Shown here piece after piece: positions 1 through 10,900 of a stretch of DNA of 64,000 nt. This stretch comes from Felis catus (Eukaryota). Every line of letters starts with the position of its first letter. The stretch's first letter is position 1. The DNA lies in the NCBI RefSeq assembly GCF_018350175.1, contig NC_058375.1, positions 35,278,001 through 35,342,000 of the forward strand. The letters are read 5' to 3'. The notes beneath the pieces were generated by a model. The model had not been told where the DNA came from. It did no database searches and was given only the letters and a program-made list of their open reading frames with translations. Made by a program: the position numbers and the translations under genes.

Positions 1-100
1 TTTATGGACCACTTTTATTTATTGACAGACATTTATTTATTGGGATTGAGCCCCAGGGAGGGCCTCCTCCTGGGATAATAAACCGTTTTTGCATAACTTG
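1..100 (+). other. PLK3: Terminal 3' UTR of polo-like kinase 3 (AU-rich elements, AATAAA at 77-82)
   Basis: Overlapping ATTTA motifs at 17-21 and 31-39 and AATAAA at 77-82. Position next to DYNLT4 matches human synteny and the sequence resembles the recalled PLK3 3' UTR end. No coding sequence in the window. Confidence 0.7.
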
Positions 101-109
101 GAGGCCTCT

Positions 110-769
110 TCACTCGTAGTAGAGCCCATGGACCACGGCCACGGCGAAGAGCGAGGCGTTGGTGAAGGCGGCGGAGGCCAGACCATCGCATTCGGTGTCC
201 CAGAGTGCGCGGCTGACCACGTGCACGCCCTGGCCGGCGCGCGGCCCCAGCACCACGCTGCACACTAGCTTGTAGCGCGGGGGACTGATCTCACGCAGGC
301 GCACGCGTACCAACTCGCACAGCTCCTGAGCCAGAGGCCCGGCCTCTGCACCCGAGTAGCACGCATTGTGCAGCCTCGCCGCCAGCGCTGCCTCCAGGGC
401 GCACTGTAAGCGCGAGGCTTCCCAGCGCTCCCCTGGCGCTGGCTCTGTGCGGTAGGAGGGTGCCACCTGACGCACGGGCGCTAGGGGCAACCCAGAGAAG
501 CTAACCCTGGAGCCCAAAAGAGGAACTGGGCCCAGAGATGGTCGCCGACCCCCAGGACCCACGCCTGGTCCGGCCAGCGAGTTGCGGCGTGAGAAGGACG
601 AGGCTGGGCCCAGCACAGAGCCGCGGCGGGAGGCCGGGCCCAGACTTGCTAGTCGGGCCTCTTCAATACTGGGCAGGTGGCCTGGAGGCCTCACCGGTGA
701 TAGTTTCAGCCCGGGGTCTTTGGTAGTATCCTCCTCCTGGCGTCCTGGGGGCACAGACCTGCCAGCCAT
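110..769 (-). CDS. DYNLT4: Dynein light chain Tctex-type 4 (TCTEX1D4), single coding exon, 219 aa
   Basis: ORF 110..793 with the true ATG at 769 (MAGRSVPPGRQEE...), preceded by an acceptor (tcttctag) at about 781. C-terminal Tctex-1 domain (PPRYKLVCSVVLG...SRALWD...DGLAS...NASLFAVAVVHGLYYE), RVSF PP1-docking motif, RRxS sites. CpG-rich. Confidence 0.95.
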   Translation of the reverse strand: MAGRSVPPGRQEEDTTKDPGLKLSPVRPPGHLPSIEEARLASLGPASRRGSVLGPASSFSRRNSLAGPGVGPGGRRPSLGPVPLLGSRVSFSGLPLAPVRQVAPSYRTEPAPGERWEASRLQCALEAALAARLHNACYSGAEAGPLAQELCELVRVRLREISPPRYKLVCSVVLGPRAGQGVHVVSRALWDTECDGLASAAFTNASLFAVAVVHGLYYE

Positions 770-1533
770 GGACCTGCCGGCTAGAAGACCCACACATAGA
801 CGGGATGGCCTAAACTGGCCGTCTGTACCACATCCAGTCTTTCACTCCGTGATAAGGGTTTTTACCCCCTAACCCCTTCTTACCTGTGTTTTTGGGACAG
901 GTGAATCAAATTGTCCCCAGCTGCGTGGATTCCTAGGTGCTTAGAGGATTAAGGGCTGTTAGGGACATAAGCGATGCTGCTCAGACTATCATCTTGGGGT
1001 TGCCCCTGTCCCCTTGAGCTCCACTTTCCCCTGGGCACTATGGAGGTTTGCTAAGTGAGCTCTAAATAAATACACCTCCTTTTCTCTCTTCCACCTGACT
1101 TCTCCAGCAGAAGGGAGATGAACCTCCCCTTTGTTTTCCTCAGCCTAGATAGTGGTGCCTCAAACCCCTAACCAGAGGGAGACACAGACCAACTCCTTCA
1201 ACCCCACAGATCCTTTTAGCCCTGTGTCTAGAATCCAGACACCTTCGACCCCTACCTGCTTCTAGCGTGGCTGGCACAAAGATCTCTCCTACAATTGGTT
1301 CAGGCTGGATGGAGGCAGGTGACTCAGGAAGCTCCTTCCACCCTCTCCAGTTGGCCTCTGGCCCTACCTCCAGAATTAGTTCTGGGATGAATGCCCTCTT
1401 CTCCCGAAACTCCCACAGGAAACTGAGTCACCTGCAGCCTTTGGCCTCCAAACTCTCTCCTAGCTCCACAGCCCTTCCTCACCCAGCTGGCCTGACTGGC
1501 AGACGGGAAGGTAATGGCCCCTTGTGTTGTGGA

Positions 1534-1548
1534 GTTGCCCTGGGTTAC
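1534..1548. promoter_or_regulatory. Candidate RFX X-box in the DYNLT4/BTBD19 upstream interval
   Basis: GTTGCCCTGGGTTAC vs consensus GTNRCC(N0-3)RGYAAC, one mismatch. Confidence 0.3.
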
Positions 1549-2958
1549 TGGGAAGGCACTCCTGTTTTTTGGTTTCCTCCTTCCAGTCCTGGCTCTGGCT
1601 TAACTTGGAAGTGTTACTACACAGTACATGCTGTGTGCGGGGTGCCTGGGTCATCAGGCAAGAGGAGATAACAGGGGCCTAGAACCCCTGTACTGAGGGG
1701 GCAGATGTAGAGAGGGGCTCTGGTCAGAAAGGTATTCCCCTACACCAGGACTCTTGAGCCACTGTCCATTTCTCCCCTTCTGAAGGCTGGCTCTGAAGCT
1801 GTGAGCAAGTTGCAGAGGCCTGGTGTATGGGGAGACCTTGAGGCTGTAGGGGTGGCTGTTCAGGAATCAGGATCTTCCCCCACAGGAAGAAGAACGTCAT
1901 GGCTCTATCCTCTCCCCATTAGCCTCAACAAGGACAAACATTTCCGCTCTCTGTGCAGAGCTGGGGTGGGGTTTGGATGACTTCCTCAGCTCAGGGCTGT
2001 GTGCAGGGGGAGGGGAGACCCATCAGCCCTGCTGGTGGGAGCCGACCTGATGCAACAGTGGTGACTAGACTTGGCAGTGAACCAGAGTCCAGCCTCCTGA
2101 CCCCTGCTGACCCAAGTGCTCTGGAGCTTGTCTCCAGCTGGCCACACCTCTGCTGTGCCCTAGTGCCTAGAGTGCCAACCCCCTGTGGTTGCATTTTAGG
2201 GATGCCAGAGGCCATGACGCTTCTGTCAGAGCTGACACCTCCTCACCTGACCTCCTTCTGGGAGGGACAGGACTGCCCCCTCCCAGACAAGCCAGTCTGG
2301 GCCCTGAAAGCTCCATGAGGGTGAGGAATTTCCCTATTGAGGGGGGTTTCCCAGGCCTGGCTAACCTGATCCTGACCCTGTGCGCATGTGAGGGAAGGAG
2401 TAGGAGGGTCAGGGAGTTTGAACTCTGAATCCAAGGCAGGCAGGGGTCTGGGTGTTAAGACCCTCTACTAAGCTTCCTGCCCCTCTGAGGGCTGAAGTTT
2501 TCCCTGGGCCTGTGGAAGATGGGTGGGGCCTCTCAAGCTGAGCTCCAGTTTCCGTGGAAACCCACAGGCTTCCCACCCACTGCTGCCTGGGCAGGCTCCC
2601 AGCTGGGGCCTCATGCTCTGCCAGCCTCTCCTCCCCAGTCCAGTCTGCTCCACCCTCAGCCCGTCTTGGCCCCTTCCCTGACTCTCCATCCCCAAGCCCA
2701 GCCTCTGGCCTCTTCCATTAGGCTCTAATGCCTTCTTAAGGAACCTGGGCCTCTCCTGCCCCATCCCTAAACTTCAGCTTCTCAGCAAACAGGCTTCCCA
2801 AGCTCCTGCCCCTCCCTCTCAGGCCTTTCTAGCCTCCTTACCAGCTCCCAGGCCTAGCCAGGCCTCCTGCTCCTGCCCACCTATCACCTCCCACAGACCA
2901 ACAGACAACAGGTCTCCTAGGCTATTCTGTCCTCTTGCTCCCCTGCCCCACCCCACCC

Positions 2959-5900
2959 ATGGAGACCCCAGGACTGGTTGTGCACGGGGAGGCTGCACCC
3001 TTTTCCACAGCACTCCGAAGCCTTCTCAACAATCCCCAATACAGGTGAGGGGGTGGGCCCTGTCTGTGGGATTTCCTTAGCTGGCTCTGCTGGGTCCCAT
3101 GACTCTGAGGAAGCCTTGGGTACAGAAGAGGTGGAGATGACCCTCCTCCCTGGTGAACTCAGTCTGGGGAAGTCAAGTGTGGAGAATGGCTACAGGTTAC
3201 AACACTCAGTGTCCATGATGTCTTGAGAGCCAGAAGTGGGGGCGGGGGGAGAAGAGGGGGAGGCAGTGGGGGCTGGAGCCCGGAGCAACTGGTATGACTT
3301 TGGGCAAAGGCCTTCTCTTGTGGATTTGGGTTCCTGGCAGAGAGGAGCCCTTTGCCCCCTGGATCTTGAGAGATGGGATGTGACTTGAGTCCCTCCCTGG
3401 GAGGCAGAGGAGCAGATGACCCTGTTCTGGGAACTGGGGATTCACAAGAGGAACAAAACTCAAGGGATTGAGCCAGAGTTTCCGGCAGGAAGCAGTTCAA
3501 GGGTGCTGCCTAGGGCTCACTGCACAGGATGCTAGTGGTGTCTGAAACCAGGGATAGAATATGGGGGCAGGGCTGGTCAGGAGAACTAGAATGTAGCTTT
3601 CTGTCCCCACTGCCTCCCTAAGGGTTGAGGACTCCCATGACCCTACTGCTTTGGGGATTACAGTCTGGTCTGAGTAGTGGGAACCCCTGGCCTTGGACCT
3701 GGGACTAGGAGGCTCCAGAAGCCCAAGCTTCATTTCCTGCCTCCTACCCTCTATGCTGTTGGGAGGCCCAGAGGCTGGGGCCGGAAGTGGTTGTGAAGAT
3801 GGAAAATGTGGTCTGGTCTCATGATGGTGCGTTGCTGCCATGTCTATCTGCAGCCAGTGCACTCTGCACCCCCGCTCCCCCACCCCCTCCTGCCTGGAGG
3901 AGGCTGAAAAAGGCTGAGTTTGCAGTCTATGGAGGAGGAGCCAAGAAGAGCTTCCCTTACCTCAAGAGTCAGGCTGGGGAGAAGAGGGGTATGTAAGATC
4001 AATCTTGCATCAGCCTTGGTGTCCCCTCAGTGATCAAGTATAGCCACCTCCTCTAAGACCTGAGGGTTTGGGATTACTATCCCATTTCATGGATGAGAAA
4101 CCTGAAATTCAAAGGTATAAGTCACTTGCCTGAGGCACTATGGGATGAAGCTAGGACTAGAATCCAGGCCTGTGTGTATACTCCAGACCATTGGCTGGAA
4201 GGACTAAGCCCTGTCCCTTATATGACAGATAAGGAAATGAAAGCTCAGAGTAGGCAAAGGCAAAGCCTAGAGTTATATCCAAGACTCTGGCCTCTTCTTC
4301 CCTGGCTCTCTCCTTCCCTTCCCACAGTGATGTTTGCTTTGTGGTCGGTCAAGAACGGCAGGAGGTGTTTGCCCACCGGTGCTTGTTGGCCTGTAGATGC
4401 AACTTCTTCCAACGACTTCTGGGTCCAAAGCTGGGCTCTGGCATGCCTAGCCCCGTGGTGCTAAGCACTGTGCCAGCTGAGGCCTTCCTGGCAGTGCTGG
4501 AGTTCCTGTACACCAACAGCGTCAGGCTGCACCGCCACTCTGTGAGCCTGTTGGGCAAGGGTGTGGATGAGAGAGGGAGGGGGAGGGGCAGGAGACACTC
4601 CCTTCCACATCCCTTCTACTTTGCAGGTGCTGGAGGTGCTGACCGCGGCTATAGAATATGGGCTGGAGGAACTGCGAGAGGTAGGTTTATATGGCAGACC
4701 CTTGTCTCATTTCTCTTGCTTCTTATGGGCTCAGATCACACCCTGCCTCACACACACTCTGGCCTGGAGAGGAACGTGTTCCAACACAGAAGTATGGATA
4801 TCTCTCTGTGTAAATAGGCATTATGTGTGCCTATGTGCAATGGATATGTACATGCCCTGTGTGTGCTGTGGGGGCATATGGCGGGGGTTATGGCTGGTGC
4901 CATAGATGCCAGGATAAATCAGCCTTGATCCTTGTTCTTCAAAGAGAGATAGACACATGAAAACTCTTAACCCAGGGGCATAAGAAGTGTGATAAATGAG
5001 GGTATATGGTGCTGAGACTCTACAGAGGGTCTCTCTAGTCTTGCCATAGGGGAGAAAGGAAGGGAAGACTTCTTGGAAGGGGAAACATTTGTGTTAGATC
5101 AAGTAGAATAGGTAGAGGTTTGCTCAGAGGGGGAGTGGAAAAGGTGGCATTCTAGTCACAGAGGCACAAAAGGAGCTAGTGAGCCATTTAGTGTGGCTGG
5201 ACTAAGTGTGAGAGGAGAGAGACAGATGAGATGAGATTGGAGACAGTGCCGGGGGCTAAATCATACTGGACCTTAAAAAATTTGGACTTTTTTTTTACTC
5301 AGAGGGCATGGAAATTCATTGGAAGTTTCAGGTAAGGGAGTGAGGATTTGGAGCTAAGAGGATAAGTGATTGGGAGAGATGGGAAGGGCTCCACAGTCCA
5401 ATGGGGATGAGAGGCAGTGGCAGCCCATGACTTTAAGAGAAGTGGAACTGGCATGACCCAGTGCTTTTCTGGATGTGAAAGTGAGAAGGAGAGGTCATGG
5501 GTGAAATTCAAGTTTCTGGTTAAAACAAAAAGGTCTTTGAGTCAGGAGTGACACAAGATAAGTGTCCTCAGAGAAGGAGAGTGGATTTTCACGTGGCTTT
5601 CATCTAGTTTCATTTGTGGGGAATGTGCTAGAAGGTAGACTGCTGGACCCAAAGTAGGCTGCTAGTGTCCAGTCCCTTCAGGCTTGCCAAATCTCAGACC
5701 CTGGTGATTTCTTGCCTCTCTTGGTCTGGGAGGTCACCTTGGGCATGTGGCTGCTTAGGAGCCCGGGTGGCTCACTGCTTCTGAGGATGGGGTCTTGGAG
5801 GGGGAGACACCTTGGCACAACCTGCTTTCATTTCTGTTCCCAGCTGTGCCTGGAGTTTGTGGTGAAGGTGCTGGATGTGGAACTGGTTTGTGAGGCCTTG

Positions 5901-6806
5901 CAGGTGGGTGTTCTAGACAGGCTTGCAGTTAGTCCTCGGTGTGGAGGACTGGACTACAATGGTCTCTCCAGCCTCCAACCTGATGGCCTTCATCCTGTTC
6001 CTAGGTTGCTGTAACCTTTGGCCTGGGACCGCTGCAGGAGCGTTGCATAGCCTTCATAGAGGCCCACAGCCAGGTATCGCTCCCCATCTTCATAGTCTCA
6101 ATCCCTCAGACCTCATTCTGCTCCTCCCTGACCCATTCGTGGACCCACAGGAGGCGCTCCGGACCCGCGGGTTCCTGGAGCTGTCGGCGCCAGCGTTGCT
6201 GTCCCTGTTGCGCAGCGACAAGCTCCGCGTGGACGAGGCTGAGCTCGTTCTGGCGGCCAGGAGCTGGGCACGCGTGGGTGCGGTGAGCGGGGGTACTAAA
6301 GGGACCCTGGGTTGGCGTGCGGAAGGAGGCTTGGGGCGCAGGAACACGGCAAGCCGGAGGCGGGGCAGGTGCTCCTGCCTGTCCAGGCTTAGGGCTGGCG
6401 TTCGCAGGCTGTGCTGGAGCGGCCGGTGGCGGAGGTGGCGGCCCCGGTGGTGCGGGAGCTGAGACTGGCTTTGCTGGCCCCGGCGGAGCTGAGTGCCCTG
6501 GAAGAGCAGAACCAGCGGGAGCCGCTCATCCCGGTGCGGACGCGGGGAACCAAGCTCAGATCCGCTCAGCAGCGTGGGGGAAAAGCGCGAGGGTGGGGGT
6601 GGGGGGCTCGGCCCAGGGTCTGCCGGGTGAGGGGGTATTGCAGGACTGCCGTGACCGGCCTTCCCCTGCAGGTGGAGCAGATCGTAGAGGCGTGGAAATG
6701 CCACGCTCTGCGAAGAGGGGATGCGGCCCGGGGCGCCCCGTGCCGCCGCCGGAGGGGAACCCTGCCCCGGGAGCATCACTGCTTTCTGGACCTGCCCTTT
6801 AAGTGA
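2959..6806 (+). CDS. BTBD19: BTB/POZ domain-containing protein 19, 8 coding exons, 291 aa
   Basis: Exons with GT-AG boundaries: 2959-3044, 4328-4541, 4627-4680, 5844-5903, 6005-6073, 6151-6282, 6408-6533, 6672-6806. Sum is 876 nt, in frame. METPGLVVHGEAAPFSTALRSLLNNPQYSDVCFVVGQERQEVFAHRCLLACRC (BTB), BACK-like region, ends LPREHHCFLDLPFK*. Confidence 0.95.
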
Positions 6807-7100
6807 CCAAAGGCCGCGGTTTGCAAGGAATTCTGGGCCTGTCCCAAGCTACAACTCCCGACGTGCCTAGTGCTCGGAGCCGACTTCCGCCCCCAGCATG
6901 CCCTGCGAGCCGGGCGCTGGAAGAGCGACTGTCGCCCGGCTCTGCGCCCTGTGGGTGGGGCTCTGGGGGTGGGGAGTGGGTGTGGGCTTGGGCGGGGCCC
7001 AAAAGCGATTTCCCTTACACTTTACTCTGACTCTACCCTGGCCCTCTGGCCGCGCAGGCCTGCCGCGTTTACTTTTATAATCCCCACGTTTTTCGGCTCA
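6140..7100. promoter_or_regulatory. CpG island over BTBD19 exons 6-8 and 3' UTR with ZNF143/SBS-like, ETS and GC-box motifs
   Basis: High GC and CpG density. Motifs at 6823-6837 (CCCAGAATTCCTTGC, minus), 6848-6867 (GCTACAACTCCCGACGTGCC) and 6883-6907 (ACTTCCGCCCCCAGCATGCCCTGCG). Confidence 0.6.
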
Positions 7101-7321
7101 ACTCCCTCTTTAATTCCAGAGCTACCTCCTAGAGAGCGCTCTCTAAATGCCCCACAGACACCTCAGACTCAATCCAAAATTGGGCTGCCTCATCTTTCCC
7201 CAGTTCTGCCCCCATCGTGTTTCTCATCTCTGTGAGTGTCTAAGCCAGAAACCTGCATCTCAGCTTTGCCTTGTTCTTCATCCTCACATCTGCCTCCCGT
7301 GACTTCTGCCTTCTAAGACAC

Positions 7322-7829
7322 TGAAGGGTAGTAAAATGTGCCAATCCAAAATACGCCTCTTTGAGCTAAGGATTATTTTAAGCTGATTATTTTGAGAAAA
7401 AGTGGAAGCTCTGGAAACAATAGAATTTACCCTTTTGTAAGGGAAATTTATAATTAAAAAGGGAATCTCCATTAGTAAGGGCGTCTCCTCCGTACCAGGA
7501 AAAGAAGGATGATCAACTCACAAGATTTTAGTGGAGAAGGCACCCACTGAAATCTGCTTAACAAGCCTTACCTTATGTACTGTTTTTCCTGGTAGCATTC
7601 TCCTAACTGTCCTCCCTACACTTTTCTTTCATCCTTAACTGAAGATGGTCTTTCAGCAGGTATTTTAGACCACCTCAGGGAGTTACTCATTTTTCCCTGG
7701 GTATCTCCCATGTACACAAGAGGTATACATATTAATAAACTTGTTTTTCTTTTGTTAATCTGTCTCTTATTACAAGGGTCTCAGCCAAGACTTCATAGAG
7801 TAGAAGGAAAATTATTTTTTCTCCCCTAT
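7322..7829 (+). mobile_element. Solo ERV1-type LTR (MER34-like)
   Basis: Starts TGAAGGG...CCAAAATA...AAGGATTATTTTAAGCTG, has an internal AATAAA (~7734) and ends GAAGGAAAATTATTTTTTCTCCCCTA, typical of MER34-group LTRs. Confidence 0.6.
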
Positions 7830-8210
7830 GAGATCTTTCCAGTTGGTTCAGTTCTCTTCACTTTAGTTCACCCAGTACCATGTTAAGAATTAATGCAACA
7901 GGCTCTTGCTAGTCTTTCTGCCTCCACACCAGCCATGCCCCTCTTCGTGCCATTTCCCACACTGCAGCCAGACTTAAGATTATCAGCCGTACTACCCTTA
8001 TTAAGCCCCCAACATCCCCATTGCTCAGACAAAATACACTATTTCACTTTCAGGACACTCTGAATTACTAGTGGTTCCAAATGTTAGCAACTCTTCTCTC
8101 AACAACTACCTTTGCATAAAGTCACTGGTTCTGAAGGCAGTAGTCCTCTGGCTGCACAGTCATTCTCTTGGTTACTGATGACTCCCCATGCTACAGATGC
8201 AGTTTTGGAG

Positions 8211-8840
8211 TGATGGTGGGGTCTGGAGCCAATGGCCAAGAAAGAATGGTTGAGTGCAAAAAGGTGATTTTAAAGCATGGGGACAGGACCAGTGGGCAGG
8301 AAGAGCTGTATGTGTGTGTGTGTGGGGGGGGGGGGGGGTTGTGAGGAGTGATTGATTATATACTTAGGGGTTGGGGGAAGTAAAGGCCAGAGGAAGTTTC
8401 CAGAAGGACTTTCATATGCTAATCATATGCCAAAGATGGCTCAGTTGGTTGAACTTCCCACTTGGGCTCAGGTCATGATCTCATGGTCTGTGAGTTCAAG
8501 CCACGCATCGGGCTCTGTGCTGACAGCTCAGAGCCTGAAGCCTGCTTTGGATTCTATATCTCCCTCTCTCTCTCACCCTCTCCCGTTCAAGCTCTCTCTC
8601 TGTCTCAAAAATAAATAAACATTAAAAAAAATTTAAAAAAAAAAAGACACACAGGATCCTGGAGGCCTTGCTCTTGTCAAGCTAAGGTTGTTTTTTTCCC
8701 TCTAGCAAAACATTAACATTAAGACAGTAGGGAGTTCCTGGAGGAATGTTAGAGTTGACCTGCCTCAAGAATTTGTCAAAGGGCTGCAGGTTATGAGGAA
8801 ATTTAATTTTATCTACATTTCCTTCTGCCTTTGTTTCTCA
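8211..8840 (-). mobile_element. Carnivore ERV LTR (solo), interrupted by a SINE
   Basis: Minus strand begins TGTGAGAAACAAAGGCAGAAGGAAATGTAGATAAAATTAAATTTCC and ends ...GACCCCACCATCA, giving TG...CA termini. Confidence 0.5.
8436..8646 (+). mobile_element. Can-SINE (5'-truncated) nested in the LTR
   Basis: TGGCTCAGTTGGTT...GGTCATGATCTC...(CT)n tract, AATAAA and A tail. Confidence 0.9.
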
Positions 8841-9456
8841 CATCACTACCTTTTTCATTCATTACACCCTTTGTCTTCCTGAGGATCTGAATCTCCCTAG
8901 ACAAAGATCCCTGGGATTGGAGTGGTGCCTTATTCATTTCTTGTTTCTCCAGTCTCAGTCACATAATCAGTGCTCTGCAAATGTTCAGTGATTACGTTAT
9001 TTCCTTATTTAAATGCTATTTTATTCCATAAAGAGTTTAAAAGAGCTATAAAACAAGATACTATCAATCTAAAATGAGGGACAGTTGATTAGTAGAAAAT
9101 AAGGTTACACTTCTGTCTCAGGGATTTTATACAAAAATATGTTGCATATGAATTAAAGAAAGTTATTTGGCATTACTTCTCAAGACCGAAAATGTGGTTA
9201 CTCATAGTACCACTTCATAACAGCATTGTTTGGATAATGAAAATTGAAAACAAGCTAGATGTCCTGGTTTAATCTAGAAGACTGGCTAAACTATGGTATA
9301 TTACAGTGATATAGAAAGGTATCTGTGACTTTGGAAAAAGCTCAGTGCAGATCAAGTAGAGCACAATTCCTTTTGCTAAAAGAAAAGGTAGTGTAAGGGA
9401 GGAAAAAGTTCTCCTTGCCCCTCTTAGGGTCCCTGGTTGGGTTTGAAAATTAAACT

Positions 9457-10065
9457 TGGGAATGCAAGCTGGTGCAGCCACTCTGGAAAAGAGTATGGAG
9501 TTTCCTCAAAAAACTAAAAATAGAACTGCCCTAGGACCCAGCAATTGTACTACCAGGCATTTATCCACGGGATACGGGTGTGCTGTTTCGAAGGGACACA
9601 GGCACCCCCATGTTTATAGCAGCACTATCAACAATAAAGTATGGAAAGAGCCCANNNNNNNNNNNNNNNNNNNNNNNNNNNNNNNNNNNNNNNNNNNNNN
9701 NNNNNNNNNNNNNNNNNNNNNNNNNNNNNNNNNNNNNNNNNNNNNNNNNNNNNNNNNNNNNNNNNNNNNNNNNNNNNNNNNNNNNNNNNNNNNNNNAGAA
9801 AGATGAAAATCTTATGACTTCACTCATGAGGACTTTAAGAGACAAAACAGACGAACATAAGGGAAGGGAAATGAAAATAATATAAAAACAGGGAGGGGGA
9901 CAAAACATAAGAGACTCTTAAATATGGAGAACAAACAGAGGGTTACTGGAGGGGTTGTGGGAGAGGGGGATGGGCTAAATGGATAAGGGGCACTAAGGAA
10001 TCTACTCCTGAAATCAGTGTTGCACTATATGCTAATTTGGATATAAATTTTTAAAAAATTAAAAA
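9457..10065 (+). mobile_element. L1-derived 3' element (ORF2 end + 3' UTR), copy 1
   Basis: Starts TGGGAATGCAAGCTGGTGCAGCCACTCTGGAAAA (L1 ORF2 C-terminal region), ends in an A-rich tail. TSD GAAAATTAAACT at 9445-9456 and 10066-10077. N gap at 9655-9796. Confidence 0.9.
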
Positions 10066-10119
10066 GAAAATTAAACTGACATAGATTAACAGGACAAAAG
10101 CATACAAATTTATTTAATA

Positions 10120-10232
10120 TGATTTATGTATGTATGTATGTATGTTTGTAATCTCTACACCTAACGTGGGGCTCACACGACCTTGGGATCAAGAGTCACA
10201 TGGTCCTCCGGCTGAGCCAGACTGGTACTCCA
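10120..10232 (-). mobile_element. Older, short Can-SINE with (TATG)n tail
   Basis: TCTCTACACCTAACGTGGGGCTCAC...GATCAAGAGTCACATG...CTGAGCCAG pattern. Confidence 0.75.
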
Positions 10233-10247
10233 ATATTAAGTTTTAGT

Positions 10248-10272
10248 GTGCTCACTTCATCAGCACATATAC
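10248..10272 (+). pseudogene. Tailless 5' fragment of U6 snRNA (retropseudogene)
   Basis: GTGCTCACTTCATCAGCACATATAC vs U6 5' end GTGCTCGCTTCGGCAGCACATATAC (22/25). Flanked by TAAGTTTTAG direct repeats at 10237-10246 and 10278-10287. Confidence 0.75.
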
Positions 10273-10342
10273 CGATATAAGTTTTAGCAATACAAAAGCC
10301 TTCATAAGGAAATGAAGACTAGAAGAAATGGTTAAACCAGAA

Positions 10343-10556
10343 TTTTTTTTTTAATGTTTATTTATTTTTGAGACAGAGAGAGACAGAGCATGAACGAGGG
10401 AGGGTCAGAGAGAGAGGGAGACACAGAATCTGAAGCAGGCTCCAGGCTCTGAGCTGTCAGCACAGAGCCCAACACAGGGCTCGAACTCACAGAGTGTGAA
10501 ATCATGACCTGAGCCAAAGTCGGCTGCTTAACCGACTGAGCCACCCAGGCACCCCT
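10343..10556 (-). mobile_element. Can-SINE (SINEC_Fc-like)
   Basis: Full tRNA-derived head (GGGGTGCCTGGGTGGCTCAGTCGGTTAAG on minus), CT tract, A tail, TSD aaaccaga. Confidence 0.92.
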
Positions 10557-10900
10557 AAACCAGAGTATTTTTATGCTGGGTTTGATGAAGAGTGGATAGT
10601 GATGGAGGATATAATGGGTTAAAGGGTATGAGGTAAGTGTAGTAAATGGGGAAATTTAGCAAAACCTGTTTGGATTCTTCGTGGAGTCCCTTTGACTCTG
10701 GAGATAAGGATGACTCCTTGCCTCCAGTATAGGAGGGCACCTCTCACTTGAGGGTTTTATAACCTGTTTCAAGGGAGAAGGGAGATGGGGCCAGGGTGAG
10801 ATGAGGCAGTAAGAGTGACTCTTCTGATTTCTCAAATTGCTTAAAATATTCAATATGCCAAGATACTATATTTTGGGGTAGCATGTCCTGAACCCCATCA

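Larger units (their letters stand above)
9393..10900 (-). mobile_element. Solo ERV1-type LTR (MER34-like) carrying four nested insertions
   Basis: Minus strand starts TGATGGGGTTCAGGACATGCTACCCCAAAATA (10900) and ends ...TTTTTCCTCCCTTACA (9393). Interrupted by an L1-derived piece, two SINEs and a U6 fragment. Confidence 0.6.

Noticed and set aside
770-793. N-terminal extension of the DYNLT4 ORF (MGLLAGRS)
   Set aside because: Starts at a non-ATG codon and crosses a splice acceptor at about 781; the real start is the ATG at 769.
6090-6779. 229-aa ORF antisense to BTBD19 exons 6-8
   Set aside because: Pro/Arg/Ser-rich translation typical of a stop-poor GC-rich CpG island; no recognisable domain.
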